The translations under genes were made by a program, and so were the position numbers. 64,000 bases of DNA, taken from NCBI RefSeq assembly GCF_006345805.1, contig NC_043009.1, positions 72,232,472-72,296,471 of the forward strand. Reading direction: 5' to 3'. The notes under the pieces are model-generated. The model was not told the DNA's origin. It made no database searches and saw nothing but the letters and a program-made list of their open reading frames with translations. How positions within the stretch are numbered: the first letter of the stretch is position 1; each line of letters starts with the position of its first letter. The DNA comes from Octopus sinensis (lineage: Eukaryota). Positions 1 through 13,760 of this stretch are shown here, piece after piece.

Positions 1-258
1 TTTTTTAACTACCAACAGGTGGTTGCATGAATTGACCATGTAATTTCTCTTTTTCCATCTACTCATTCTGTCATTTTTCCTATTCTTGAATTCTGTTGTT
101 TCAGTAACTTTTTGGACATTTCAAGCCACTAATAGTATTCTATCTTCACTGCACACCACAGTTTTTCAAACCCAAGATTGCAGTACTAATGGTGTCGTCT
201 GCATTTAGCCATCCTCTGCCTCTTTCTTTCTCGATAGGTTTGATCTGGTCAGTATTTT

Positions 259-492
259 GCGAGCTGGCAGAAATGTTAACGCGCCGGGTGAAATGCTTAG
301 TGGTATTTCGTCTACCACTACGTTCTGAGTTCAAATTCCGCCGAGGTTGACTTTGCCTGTCATCCTTTCGGGGTTGATAAATTAAGTACCAGTTGCGCAC
401 TGGGGTTGATGTAATCAACTTAGTCCATTTGTTTGTCCTTGTTTGTCCCCTCTGTGTTTAGCCCCTTGTGGGTAGTAAAGAAATAAGTATTA
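259..492 (+). mobile_element. tRNA-derived SINE with Meta-domain-like core
   Basis: A-box-like TGGCAGAAATG and B-box-like GTTCAAATTC, core GTTGACTTTGCCTGTCATCCTTTCGGGGTTGATAAATTAAGTACCAG, A-rich tail. Related copies at about 34700-34986(-), 45956-46146(+) and 50764-50923(+). Confidence 0.8.
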
Positions 493-519
493 CTTTTAGG
501 GTGGTGTGCATTGTAGCTG

Positions 520-1010
520 TCTTTGTCCATATGAATCACAAACTCATAGGTAGGCCTGCATTTCTTCTATATACTTGTTAGTGGGATAAATATAATGATG
601 AAGAGTAATGTAAAGAACAAGTCTTCTTGAAATCTCCTTCTATATATTTTCATGTTTCCTAATGATTCATTTGCATATGTTAGTTCTACTTCCCAGTCAC
701 TTTTCCAAAAAGTTGTTTGTCTTCTCATTGACTTCACACATTTGTAAGCACTCCAAGAGCCATCAGTATGGAACATTGTTGTAAGCCTTTTTGTGGTGTT
801 TTAGCCAACAACTAAATTCTTCTTTCTTACTTGTGTCTCATTTAATATTTCACTATCTATATACAGTAGATCAGCATTTCCCCTTGACTTCTTTCTGCAT
901 CCCTTTTCCTCCTCCAACAATAGACTCTCTTCTACAAAGCTATGCACCTTATCTGCTGTGAAGCCAGATGACAATTTTCAGAGTAGAACGTAATTGGTGT
1001 GTAATTACTG
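520..1010 (-). mobile_element. Degraded R4/Dong-like non-LTR reverse transcriptase remnant
   Basis: Broken frames give SNYTPIT, EEEKGCRKKSR, KKAY..VP and FQEDLFFTLLFIIIFIPL, matching the R4-clade pattern NYRPIT / EQKGCR / DYKKAYD.VPH / FQGDSLSPLLF...IPL. Confidence 0.6.
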
Positions 1011-2814
1011 ATTTACTCTTCTTCTCTTTGTTCTTCTGTATCAACGCCATCTTTCTTTTTGTCATCCATGTTGATGTTCCATTTTCTATACAGTCAATAA
1101 GAAATGGTTAAATATAGTTGTGTATACTTTTTAGCCAGAACCCCTGACCATCATCTGGTCCAGAGACTTTCCAATTTGGTATACAGATTGATCAGGAAAG
1201 CATTGAAGCTATCCCTGATCTGATCAACTGCCCTAATGGTGCACAACTGAGGTTAGAAGTTGAGATGCACATTTGTGGTGAGACAAACCGCTTAAAGGTT
1301 TTCTGCCCCATAGAGAGAAACCAGAAACACCCAATACTGCAGACACCTCAAATAACATCAACATCAAAAGCAACAGCAGCACCATCAGCAGCATCAGCTT
1401 CAAGAATAGCAGCACCTAAAACAACACCAGTATCAACAGAAGGAGCAGCAGAAGAGATTAATTCAACAACATTAGCAGCAAACACCAGTACCACACCTGA
1501 GATAAACAAAACCATCACTTGCACCATCGCAAGTAAGAAGCCTTACCTGCACCAGTCAAGCAAACCACCAACTTAGAAATGCAGGACGACTGTGCAGACC
1601 TACTTCTCTCCCCAACTATAGATTTCTCTGACTGTGAAAATTTGTCTCGCAAGGAAAACAGTTTGAGAAAACCACTAAAATGTATCTTGGGGAAGGGAAA
1701 AAGAAAAACATTACAAAATATAAAGTACAGTACAAGACTGAAAATAAAGAGATTAGAGGAGGAATCACAGAAACCAACAAAACATCATACACCCACATAC
1801 TCTACATCAACACAATTATAAACATCTCCAACACTACAAACATCACCAACATTACAAACAAAAACACACAGCAATCCAGACCAACAACATGAACATCACT
1901 CCCAAAGCATCATCAATTACACAGCAATATACAAAAACAACAAGAACTTAATAAAACATTTTCAAAAATACACAGGCACTACCATAAATGAATACATTAC
2001 ACACCTGCATAACACCCCTATTCTCATAAAAATTATAAAAACAATATAACAAAGTTACAACACACTGAAAGCAAAATATCACAAAGGAATGGGAGATTTC
2101 TGTTGGATCATAAACAAAAAAACTCTACAAAAGATTGCTTGTGAAGACCCCCACAAATAACTAGAAGGACAGAACACATTTCTCTCCATAGAAATAGGGT
2201 GATTCTCTTCACTCTCCTTCTTTCTGACAAACATGGTCTTGTTCAGAATAGGCAGTATAAATGCACATGGCCTGGTGCTACTTTGGAAACAGGTCCACCT
2301 ACTCAATGACCTCAGGTGACTAAGTATATTTTTGGTGAATACAAGAATTACCTCTATATCAACTGGGAGTAGGGAGTGGAACAGCAGTGTTTCAGAGAAG
2401 TCTAGATCATGAGATAAGGGCCATTCTGGTCCCAGAAGGTAAGTTAGTTGTCATAGATGTGAATAGTAGTGACAGGGATGCTTTCAGACTGGTGGTTGTT
2501 TATGCCCTAAAAGGGGAAGGAGAGCCAGATTTCTTCAGCCATCTGGAGGTTTTGCTGGGAATGTCTTAACCTTTAGTGCTAATGAGTGACTGGAATGCTA
2601 TCTTGGATGCACATTTAGATTGTGTGGGGCTAGCTGTTTGATGAGGGGTGTACAAAAGCCATGCAAACCTGCTCAGATATTTTCAATTGTCTGACAGTTA
2701 CTAATTGGATTTCCCAACTGTGCTTATGCGGACATGGATGAACCACATCAGGTCATATCTAGATAATCTGTAGATCATTAGATAAGGTTACCATAAGTTG
2801 TAGATTTTTAAAAA

Positions 2815-4280
2815 TCACATAATGTGGAAGACAACTGGACAATCTGCTGAGAGCCACTGACCAGATCTGTGGATGGACCAAAGTCCCATCTCGATCCAAG
2901 GTAACGTGGTGGTGGAACAATGTGGTTGACAGGGCTATTAGAGAAAAGAAACGGGCTTGGAGGGACTGGAAGAATGGAGGTAGCAGGGAATTGTATCAGA
3001 CTGCCAGAAGGGAAGCTAGGAGACAGGTTTATTTAGCCAGAAGGGAAGCAGATAAGAAAAAATTTGCCAATGTTCTGCGCCGTGAGGACCAAAGACTTGA
3101 GGTATTTCATGTTGCAAGACAGTGTGTGAGAGAGAATCATGATGTGGTAGGAGAGAAATGTGTTCGCATGGATAATGGTTCACTTGCGCTAAATGAGGAT
3201 GCAAAGCGAGAGGTTTGGAAACACCATTATGAGAGGCTGCTCAGGAGCAATAAACACTGAAAATGCACAGAGACCATCTTCCGCCACATTCCAGGGAGAA
3301 AAACTAGAAATAGTTGATAGCTTCCATTAACTAGGTGACCAAGTCAGTAGCCGGGGTGGGTGTGCTGAAAGTGTAACTGCTAGGGTAAGAATTGCCTGGG
3401 CAAAGTTCAGAGAGCTCTTACCTCCGCTGGTGACAAAAGGCCTCTCGCTCAGAGTAAAAGGCAGACTGTATGACGCATGTGTACGAACAGCCATGCTACA
3501 TGGCAGTGAAACATGGGCTGTGACTGCTGAGGATATGCGTAAGCTCGCAAGAAATGAAGCCAAAAGTTGGACCTAAGAAGCATCAATTGTGGTTTGCGCT
3601 GGTATACTCATGTGGCGAGAATGGATGAAGATAGTTGTGTGAAAAAGTGCCACACCCTAGCGGCTGAGGGAACCTGTGGAAGAGGTAGACCCAGGAAAAC
3701 CTGCGACGAGGTGGTGAAGCATGACCTTCGAACTTTAGGTCTCACCGAGGAAATGACTAGAGACTGGGACCTTTGGAAGTATGCTGTGCGTGAGAAAACC
3801 CGGCAGGACAAGTGAGGCCATAACCCGTGCCCTCTACATGGGATGTAGCCAGTCCACTTATGCATACCTTTCCTTCTTGGGACACAAAACTCTACTTGTG
3901 AAGACCTGTTGAGGCAAGTGAAAATGAAAATCAAAATCGTAATCGATCAACATCAATGGAATTTGTAGCTGTGATACCAGTGCTGGTGGCACGTAAGAGA
4001 CCCATCCGAACGTGGCCATAGCCAGCACCGCCCTGACTGGCCTCTGTGCCGGTGGCACGTAAAAAGCACCATCCGATCGTGGCCGTTGCCAGCCTCGTCT
4101 GGCACATAAAAAGCACTCACTACACTCACGGAGTGGTTGGCGTTAGGAAGGGCATCCAGCTGTAGAAACACTGCCAGATCAGACTGGGCCTGGTGCAGCC
4201 TTCTGGCTTCCCAGACCCCACTTGAAACGTCCAACCCATGCTAGCATTGAAAATGGACGTTAAACAATGATGATGATGAT
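2815..4280 (+). mobile_element. RTE-clade LINE, 5'-truncated and internally deleted
   Basis: Highly similar to 5158-7807 but lacking about 1 kb of the RT core. RTE 3' end GGCGTTAGGAAGGGCATCCAGC followed by (GAT)n. Confidence 0.9.
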
Positions 4281-4514
4281 GCTTGGCTACATAGACCATA
4301 AGTTTGTGATCTGCACTGTCAACTTAGATAGGCAAGGACATAGCTACTGGAAGCTGAATGCATTACATCTGGCATGCCAAGATTACAGAGACCAGATTAG
4401 AAAATTTGTTTGGTGAGCATTGACAAGGTTAGTCATCAACAACAAATTTAGTAAGGCATTGACGGTAGAAAGAAATAGAGGGCAAACTTGGTTAAAAACT
4501 TGTAGATAAGGCGC

Positions 4515-7500
4515 TGGAAAATGGGTAGATAAGGTAATAGAGGTAATCAGAGTAAGTGATAGAATACTTAAGATTAGATTAGTGCTTCATCATGGATTAG
4601 CAACCATTATATCGGCCTATGCCCCTCAGCTGGGGCTACCCGATGGACAGAAAGACCGATTCTATGACACCCTACTGCAGACTACCTCGCTGACGAATGA
4701 CAGAGACCTTCTCTTTGTGGCTGGTGACTTCAATGGTCATGATGGACGACATGCTGGGGGCCGCCATGGTGTACATGGAGGCTATGGTTATGGTTCCCGC
4801 AACGAGGAGGGAACCAGGCTGCTGGAGTTCTGCGATGCAAATGATCTTATGGTTTGCAACATTAACTTCAGGAAACCTACTAGTCACCTACCGATCGGGC
4901 CGACATACCAGCCAAATTGACTACATCCTTGCCAGGAAAAGGGAAAAGATGGCTGCTTATAAATGCCAAAACCTTTCCTGGCGAAGAATGTTCCCCACAA
5001 CATAGACTGGTAGTTAGTGACTTTAGGATCAGGACTAAGAGGACGACCAGAAGACGACCAACATGGAGAAGAAGGATCTGGAAGTTTAAAGATCCTGCGA
5101 ATGAACAAAGATTTAGACACATATTACTTGAAGCCTTTGACGAAGTAGATATAGCTTCACATGGGGTAAAAGACAACTGGAGGTTTCTAAGGGACAACCT
5201 GCTGAGAGCCACTGACCAGATCTGTGGCTGGTGCAAAGTCCCCTCTCAAACCAAAATAACGTGGTGGTGGAACAATGTTGTAGACAGGGCTATTAGAGAA
5301 AAAAGACTGGCTTGGAAGGACTGGAAAAATGGTGGTAGCAGGGAATTGTATCAGATTACCAAAAGAGAAGCTAATAGACAGGTTTATTTAGCCAGAAGGG
5401 AGGCAGGTAAGAAAAAATTTGCCAATGTTCTGCGCTGTGAAGACCAAAGACTTGAGGTATTCCATGTTGCAAGACAGTGTGTGAGAGAGAATCGTGATGT
5501 GGTAGGAGAGAAATGTGTTCGCATGGATGATGGCTCACTTGCGCTGAATGAGGATGCAAAGCATGAGGTTTGGAGACACCATTATGAGAGGCTGCTAAAT
5601 AAGGAAAATAAATGGGATAAAGAGAGTCGACCCAACAGAGGGACCAGCTATCCAAGTTGACAGTTCCTTAGTAGTTAAGGCAATTACAAGCATGAAGACA
5701 GGGAAAGCTCCAGGCCTATCAGGAATTACTGCAGAGATGTTTAAAATATCTGGTAGTGTCGGCTATAGCTTAGTCACCCATATAGTTAACCAGGTGATAC
5801 ACGAAGGAGTCATACCCAATAACTGGGGTAGCAGCATAATAGTCAACTGCTACAAAGGTAAAGGTGATGCCCTAGATACAAATAATTACAGAGGTATCAA
5901 GATGTTGGATCAGGTAATGAAGGTTACGGAGAGGGTCATAGCCCAACTGATTAGAGAGAGAGTCAGCTTGGATGAGGTGCAGTTTGGTTTCGTGCCAGGG
6001 AAAAGCACCACTGATGCCATATTTCTGGTGAGACAGCTGCAGGAGAAATACCTAGCCAAAGATAAGCCCCTGTACCTGGCTTTCGTTGACATTGAGAAAG
6101 CCTTCGACAGGGTCCCCCGATCCCTTATCTGGTGGTCAATGAGGAAACTAGGGATACTTGAATGGTTAGTGAGAGCTGTGCAAGCCATGTAAGTAAGGTG
6201 AGGGTTGGCAACGAGTACACTAAAGAATTCAGGGTAGAGGTAGGGGTTCACCAACGTTCAGTCCTCAGCCCCCTCCTATTTATCATAGTCCTCCAGGAAA
6301 TAACGGAGGAATTCAAGACAGGATGTCTCTGGGAGCTCCTCTATGCTGATGACCTTGCTCTAATTGCTTCAAGTTTCAAGTGTGGAGACAAGGATTAGAA
6401 TCGAAGGGCCTAAAGATCAACCTAGCCAAAACCAAAGTCCTAATAAGTAGGAAGGTAGGCAAATCACAAACGCCTCAGGTAGATGGTCCTGTTAGATCTG
6501 TAGAAAAGGTGTAGCTAGAAACTCTATAAGATGCACCAAGTGTAAGCTATGGACACATGAGGTGCAGCAATGTCAAAGGAAGGCTAACTGGGAAGATAGT
6601 TTTTGTATGTGGCAGATGCTCAGGAGCAATAAACACTGAAAATGCACAGAGACCATCTTCTGCCACATTCCAGGGAGAAAAACTAGAAGTAGTTGATAGC
6701 TTCCGTTACCTAGGTGACCAAGTCAGTAGCGGGGGCGGGTGTGCTGAAAGTGTAACTGCTAGAGTAAGAATAGCCTGGGCAAAGTTCAGAGAGATCTTGC
6801 CTCTGCTGGTGACAAAAGGCCTCTCGCTCAGAATAAAAGGCAGACTGTATGACGCATATGTACGAGCAGCCATGCTACATGGCAGTGAAACATGGGCCGT
6901 GACTGCTGAGGATATGCGTAAGCTCGCAAGAAATGAAGCCAGTATGCTCCGATGGATGTGTAATGTCAGTGTTCATACTCGACAGAGTGTAAGTACCTTG
7001 AGAGAAAAGTTGGACCTAAGAAGCATCAATTGTGGTGTGCAAGAGAGACGTTTGCACTGATATGGTCATGTAGCGAGAATAGATGAAGATAGTTGTGTGA
7101 AAAAGTGCCACACCCTAGTGATTGAGGGAACCTGTGGAAAAGGCAGACCCAGGAAAACCTGCGACGAGGTGGTGAAGCACGACCTTCGAACTTTAGGTCT
7201 CACCAAGGAAATAACAAGAGATTGAGACTTTTGGAAGTATGCAGTGAGTGGGAAGACCCGGCAGGACAAGTGAGACTATAACCCATGGTCTCTACCTTGG
7301 ACGTAGCCAGCCCACTTATGCATACCTTTCCTTCTTGTGACACAAACCCTACTTGTGAAGACCTGTTGAGGCAAGTGAAAATGAAAATTGAAATCGATCA
7401 ATGGAAATTGTAGCTGTGATACTAGTGCTGGTGGCATGTAAGAGAACCATCCGAGCGTGGCCGTTGCCAGTGCTGCCCTGACTGGCCTCCGTGCCGGTGG

Positions 7501-7807
7501 CACATAAAATGCACCATCTGATCGTGGCCAGCGCCAGCCTCATCTAGCCCCCGTGCTGGTGGCACATAAAAAGCACCATCCGATCGTGGCCGTTTGCCAG
7601 CCTTGTCTGGCACCTGTGCAGGTGGCACATAAAAAGCACCCACTACACTCACGGAGTGGTTGGCGTTAGGAATGGTATCCAGCTGTAGAAACACTGCCAG
7701 ATCAGACAGGGCCTGACGCAGCCTTCTGGCTTCCCAGACCCCAGTTGAACCGTCCAACCCATTCTAGCATGGAAAATGGATGTTTAACGATGATGATGAT
7801 GATGATG
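4515..7807 (+). mobile_element. RTE-clade LINE (APE + RT), 5'-truncated and frameshifted
   Basis: ORF fragments contain SAYAPQ, GDFNGH, SQIDYIL, NYRGI, QFGFVPGKSTTDAIF, AFVDIEKAFDRVP, LYADD and FRYLG; (GAT)n tail. Confidence 0.93.
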
Positions 7808-9340
7808 AAACACTCAGAAAAGGCATCATAACTGACGTGCTCATGATAAAATTGGCCCTGGACCAATTCTTCAATGCTAAGCATGAAGGATGCATTGTTA
7901 GAGCTAAGGCATTTGCTCTAAGAAATGATGTGCAGGGGTGCAACATGGAAAGAAAGCCACAATTCAGTCTTTGGTGGATCAAAATAGGTGTTTGGTACCC
8001 AATCTAGAGCAGATATGTGCTGCATTTCAGCAGCACTTTGCCCAACTGTTTGAGATGAATGGTAGTCCACAATGTAAGATGGGCTGCGTGGTGGGGTGGC
8101 GGGAGGGAAATTGCCTTGTTTGGATGGTCTGCCCTACAAGCTTTACCTTTGTATGCCAGAATTGTTTGGTAGCCTATAACCAGATATCTTCTGCAACTTT
8201 CAGCAAAATGGGAAAATTCTAGTTCTGTGAGTCAAGGAACAGCGGTACTGCTAAGAAAGGACTCAAACAAGAGGGGCTGAGTAACATCCCAATCAGATCT
8301 ATCCACGACAACTTCTACCTCACGTGATGCATCGTACTCACTGGGTAAAGAAGCTGGCATGGATGAGGTCCTGATGAATTTGGATCAATCAAAAGCCTGT
8401 GATAGGATTGACTACTAATACCTGCTAGCCAGTTTTGTTTCCCTTTTCTGTGACTGGATTGCCACAATGTAGAGCAACATCTTGGTAGTTTGGGTAAATG
8501 GTTACTTGCCAGAAACATTCAGTATCATATAGCTTGTCTGTCAAGGGTGTGCCCTCATGTCTTTTCTCTATATACTGGCTTTAGAGCCAGTATGGTGTCA
8601 CTCAGCTGGGTTTGACTCAGATGTGTACACAGCAACAAAACTGTTCTGCATTCTCTCATCCAATGTGCAAGCATTGCTGGCTTGTTGGTTCATGTCATAC
8701 AGCTGCTTTATGTGTAGGATGGGTCCAGCTATCAGATGAGTCTACTGTGAAGATTGTCCTGCCACATTCTTTTAGCCAGGAAGGGCAGGCAGTGTTCATT
8801 GATCTTGTGATTGTAGAAAAAGAGGTTGTGTGGTGAACCAGGTTAAAACATATAGACCAATACTTTCCTCTTTGGACAAGTCTTCATCAACTTTATCAAG
8901 TTTTACTTGAAAAGGAAGTTGAGGCTAGAGAGGGAAGTGATGTCTCCCAGTAATTCTTTTTTGAAGGTGGGTGAACTGGCCTACACTAAGCATGTACTCC
9001 TAGATTGAAGGAAGGCCATATGGAGAGAGCACCTCCCTTAGTGGTCAGGGTGACCGAGGTTTAGTGGAGTCTCCATGAGCAGCCCTAGGAAGTCTCCCTC
9101 TGTTGGAGAATTTTTCATTATTGCAATTTATATTGTTACTGTTTTAACTTTTTCCACACTCCTCTATGTAATCCCACTTGTTATTATCCTGTGCTGTGCC
9201 CAGTGAGTTTTGTGAACCCTGAGTGGTAAATAAAGAAAGCATTATTATTATTTTTAATTATCAGTAACAATGGTGGACTGGCAGAATCATTACAGTATAG
9301 AGTAACAAATACTTTACAATGACTTTTTTTTCTTTCCCAG

Positions 9341-9516
9341 ATTGCCAAAGATGTTCAGATATATTGTTTCTCAAAAGTAGGGACAATAATTATGGCTGAA
9401 AACAATTCCAGTTATACTCCAGTAACAGTATATATTAATGGAAATGATAAGTCCAGAAACATTGTATCGAGCAGAGGGTCATTTACTTCAGCAGATACTG
9501 TACCTCCATTGCATCG
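9341..9516 (+). CDS. CAPN15: SOL/calpain-15-like protein, penultimate coding exon (C-terminal SOL-homology domain)
   Basis: Acceptor ttttttttctttcccAG, donor GTGAGT. Translates IAKDVQIYCFSKVGTIIMAENNSSYTPVTVYINGNDKSRNIVSSRGSFTSADTVPPLHR, matching the SOL motif S.NVVSTRGS..T.DSVPPLHRQ. Confidence 0.8.
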
Positions 9517-9599
9517 GTGAGTTCATTTTCTTTGTTGCTGTCATTGTTGTTGTCCCTTTTTCTCATTAACTAGGAATTTATTCTTAGCTAGGATAAATT

Positions 9600-11632
9600 T
9601 AGTCTGTAGGTAGGCATTCACCAAAGCTTGCTTTTTGGGCCCCTCCTCTTCATTATTTTCCTCTAGAGAGGAATTTAAGACTGGCTCTTCCTGGGAGCTA
9701 CTATATGCTAATGACATTCCTTTCAGCAAAATCTGTAAAAAAAAGTTAGAAAAGAAATTGCAGGTGTGGTAGCAAAACCTATAACCAAAGAGTTTTAAAT
9801 TTAATTTAGGAAAGATAAGAGTTCTAGTAAGCAAGAAAACAGACAGGACCCTATCCTGCTCAGGTAAATGGCCCTCTCACCATGTAGGAAAGGGGAAGTA
9901 TCTAGTATAAGCTATGGACACACAAGAGGTACTCTGAAATTGCAGGAAGGTTAATGGAGAAAGTATATTTTGTTGGTGGAAGATGCACAGGTGTTATAAA
10001 GTCCAAGTTCATATGGGATATTGGTCCTCTTAAATTCTCTGGAGGCTTTGAGAAGTAATAGCTAGCTTTTGTTACCTAGGCAACCTAATTAGCAATGGAG
10101 GAGGATATTCTAAAAGTTTAGTTACTAGAATGGAGAAAGTTCAGGGAGCTATTACCTGTTGGCAACAGAAGGTCTCTCTCTCCAAATGAAAAGCAGATTA
10201 TATGATGCTTGGGTATGTATAGTGATGCTTATTTAGTAGTTTGACATGGACCCTGAATACAGATGACATACAAAGACTAGAATGGAATGAAACTACTATG
10301 CTCTTTTAGATGTGTGCAGTATTAATGTACATGTACAACAAATTGCAAATGTATTGAGTAAAATTTGACATAAGAGGAATCAAATGTAGCATACAAGAGA
10401 GAAGACTGCATTGGTTTGATTCTGTGATACATATGGATGAGGACAGTTTCATTGCATAAACAAGTGCTGATCACTTAAAGTAGCTTGAACTCATGGAAGA
10501 GGTTGACCCAAGAAGACATGGATTGAGATATTGAAGGCTGATTTCAAGATGTTGAGCCTTACAGAGGAGATAACAAAGGACCAAGCAGACTCGCCCATTA
10601 TGGTAAAAATGATATCCTAAAACCACTCAGATATGTTTGTATGTATGAGGCCATGTGCCCACTCCTCTCTCCCTGACGTATCAACCATTCCTCCCCCAAC
10701 ATCTATGGTACTATGTGGTTGCTGTACTCACTTGCTAGAAATATTGTATGTATTGTATGTATTACATCCCATACCCTTCCAAACATTATCCGCCCCCCCA
10801 AGCTACTTCTATTCCTAATCCTCTCTACCCAAACCATTTCAACCAATTACCTCTTTTCTGTGCCTTTAACCACTGCTCTTTCCCCCCCCTCCCTTCTATT
10901 ATATTCCATTCTAAACACTTCTGTTATCATTCTCCATTACCTCTCATATCCACCATGTATCACTCTCTCTCTCTTTCCACAGTTGCTACACCTTAAATAT
11001 CATTGTATTACTTTCTATTCTATTTTTCCTGAGCCACTCCTTTATCCCTCACCTGACATCTCTGCATACTCATATTTTCCATCATTTACACCCTTTTCTT
11101 TGTTCTTCACCCACTACACTAAGCTCTATCTCCATTTGTTTATTACCTTCTCAGATTCTTATGAAAGAATCCACTTTCTCATCCCATCCTTGTTCCTTGA
11201 GAGTTTGCTTTAGGACGCCTTCACTACCTTTGTTTCTTTTTTCTCCTTCAGCTGTATACCTCCACCATAGCAAAACACCTGTGCTTATCCCTCTAGCATA
11301 CTTTAGCCTTTCAACATCTGGCATACTGCCACTCATCTTCACCTTCCCCTCTTGAATACTTCTTTGTAGTGGGAGCTTTTTCTTCCTTTCCTTCTCCCCA
11401 TTCTCTATTCTTTGCTGTCTTACAAGTTACATGGCAACCTTATTAGTACCATTGATGCAAAAAAAGCACCCAGTACACTCTGTAAAGAGGTTAGCATTGA
11501 GAGGGGCATCCAGCCATAGAGACCATGCCAAAAATGACCATGTTGGAGCTCAGCATGGCCTTTGCAGCTCACTGGTTCGTTGTTAAAGCATTCCAACCCT
11601 TGTCAGTGTGGAAAGCAAACATTAACTGATGA
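9600..11632 (+). mobile_element. Old RTE-clade LINE 3' portion with long pyrimidine-rich 3' UTR
   Basis: EFKTGSSWELLYAND at 9671, degraded RT C-terminus to about 10590, C/T-rich stretch, then RTE-type tail (aaagcacccagtacactctg, gagaggggcatccagcc) at 11460-11632. Confidence 0.7.
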
Positions 11633-11739
11633 AAATAAGCACCACACTGAAATAATTACTGAGGCCAGTGGAATTCACTAATGATTTCAAGGTGTTACTC
11701 CAGCATGGATACAGCCTTATGATTGAAACAAACACACAT

Positions 11740-12300
11740 CAGAGTGTACTGGGTTTTTATTTTTCATTTTTATTTTTACACTAGCTCTAGCAAGGTTGCC
11801 ATGCAGCTGGCATGATGAAAAATCCTATTGACTGAGTGGAGGGTGAGGTGGCTGTACGCTAGATGAGGCATAAAAGCATGAGAGAAGGGACCGAAACAGG
11901 ACAGGAGTTATATGGCTACTTATTGGTGCAATGGTGGTAAAATAGCTATGCACAAGCGAGGGTGGGTGTGACCATGGTGGAATTGGAACGAAATAAGAAT
12001 ATCAATGGTGTGGTGTCAGAATGACTCCTCAAAGTAGAAGTGAAAACATGTGGGTGGTGGGGATAGAAAACGGGCTATGGATGAGTAGGGGTTGCTGCAT
12101 GAGTGTGTTGAAGATGGAGAGTGGGGGAAGGGCTGAATGTAATGAAGAATAAGTGTTGATGGATGTTAAATAGGGAAAGTAGGAAAGAGTAGGTGACATC
12201 TGTAGAAAATGGGTGGGTTTGAGAGTTGGATAGCAGGTGAGGGTGACTAAGGATATGATTTGGGGGAGAGTGGGAGAAAAGTGAAGAGTTCAAGAATACT
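11740..12300 (-). mobile_element. Inverted remnant of a related RTE 3' UTR
   Basis: agagtgtactggg and aaggttgccatg are reverse complements of motifs at 11430-11480, followed by a purine-rich tract on +. Confidence 0.45.
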
Positions 12301-13760
12301 AATGTTACTGATCACCGAGATGAGTTGGAAGGGCTGCATCTTTCTCGCATTTAATTCTTGATTTAGTTCCCCTGGTTGGCTGTTCTTTCTAACACCAAAC
12401 ATTTTGCAGTGTCCTGGATGCTCTTCCCATTGGACCAACACTAGAGACGTTATGTCAAGGACATGACTAAAGGGGTGTAATTGGGTACTTAGAATTCTGA
12501 AATATATACATATACTTAGGACAATATAAGGCTAAGAGTATAGGTTGATGACAAAGGCAGTGTCATCAAAATGGAGCAGGGGTATTCAGGAGCAATGATA
12601 TTCAGGATGTGTGGAAGAGAAAGTGTTTGCAGATTATATCATCACCATCATTGTCAATATCATTGTTTTAACATCCATGTTTTATGCTTGCATGGGTCAG
12701 ATTAAAAAACTTTGGGCCAGAGATTTTATGGCTGGGTGTCCTTACATTGCCTCCTTCTAGACAATGTAATAATCCCACAGTCTATCAAACAACAAATAAC
12801 CTGGACATGGTGATATGGGTTATATGGTGAACTGGAAACAAACACCACCATTTTGAATGAGCCTTTTGCTTAAAAAGATTACATGACACCCAAGATTTAT
12901 CAAGAATCACAGTCCTGCCTTTGTGGTGGTCTTCAAACAAAAATCAATCATTTGTATGAACAGTAAGGCCTTTGTCTACACTCAGCAAGCACACATGAAG
13001 ATAAGAGGAAATACAATCTCTCTCTCTCTCACTCACTCACTCACACACACACCAAAAACTGACAAGCTTCTTTCAGTTTCTGTCTTCAAATTGCACTCAC
13101 ATGGTATTGCTTGACCTATGGTTGTATTAAAGGATACAAGCCAATAGTATACATGCTGCAAGGTCCTAACCACATGGCTTTGAAGTGAACTTCTTAACCA
13201 TACTGTCTTGCCATAAAAACTTTAGACAATCTCATCTTTCTAAGAATATCTAGAATGACTATTATTTAATGTTTTATATACATTTTAAATATTGTAGAAA
13301 TTAACTGCTATTTTCATCATGCTGAGTGACTAATTACTATATTTGTTTCTACTGTCCCACTTTCTCTTTCTTCTTTTTTTTTTTGTGCATGTAGTCATTC
13401 GTATAGTTATTTTATGTTTGCCTCTTCTCTTTCTTGATTACTTGCCTTTGTCTCTTTCCTGAAATTCTCTCTCTCATTCGCTCACAGAGAGAGAGAGAGA
13501 GAGAGAGTTTAATCTTACAGGCAAAAAGACTCTGCACATAGCTTTTTTTTGGAAAAAGTGTCAGACAAAGCATTTTTAATTTATGTGTGAGAGTGAGAGA
13601 CTGTGCATTGTGAGGTGAACAACACTAAGATAGCCCTCACTTGCAATGTTTTCTTCACATTCTTGAGACTGAAATATTATTATTGCTTAAGCAAACCCTA
13701 AGACTAAGGTCATGTTGTAATATTTACCAGCCTCTATATATAATTATATTTCTTTTTCAG

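Larger units (their letters stand above)
1130..9250 (+). mobile_element. Degraded L1/Tx1-like non-LTR element split by two nested RTE insertions
   Basis: ORF1 remnant with zinc-knuckle-like HICGETNRLKVFCP at 1265. APE remnants RIGSINAHGL, EGKLVVIDV, FRLVVVYA and DWNAILDAHLD at 2240-2620. The element resumes at 4281 (DHKFVICTV..SYWKLNA) and at 7810 (AKHEGCIVRAKA), and ends in AATAAA plus (ATT)n near 9230-9250. Confidence 0.65.

Noticed and set aside
10713-11213. 166-aa hydrophobic ORF
   Set aside because: It lies in the pyrimidine-rich 3' UTR of an old RTE; the ORF is composition-driven and has no splice signals or motifs.
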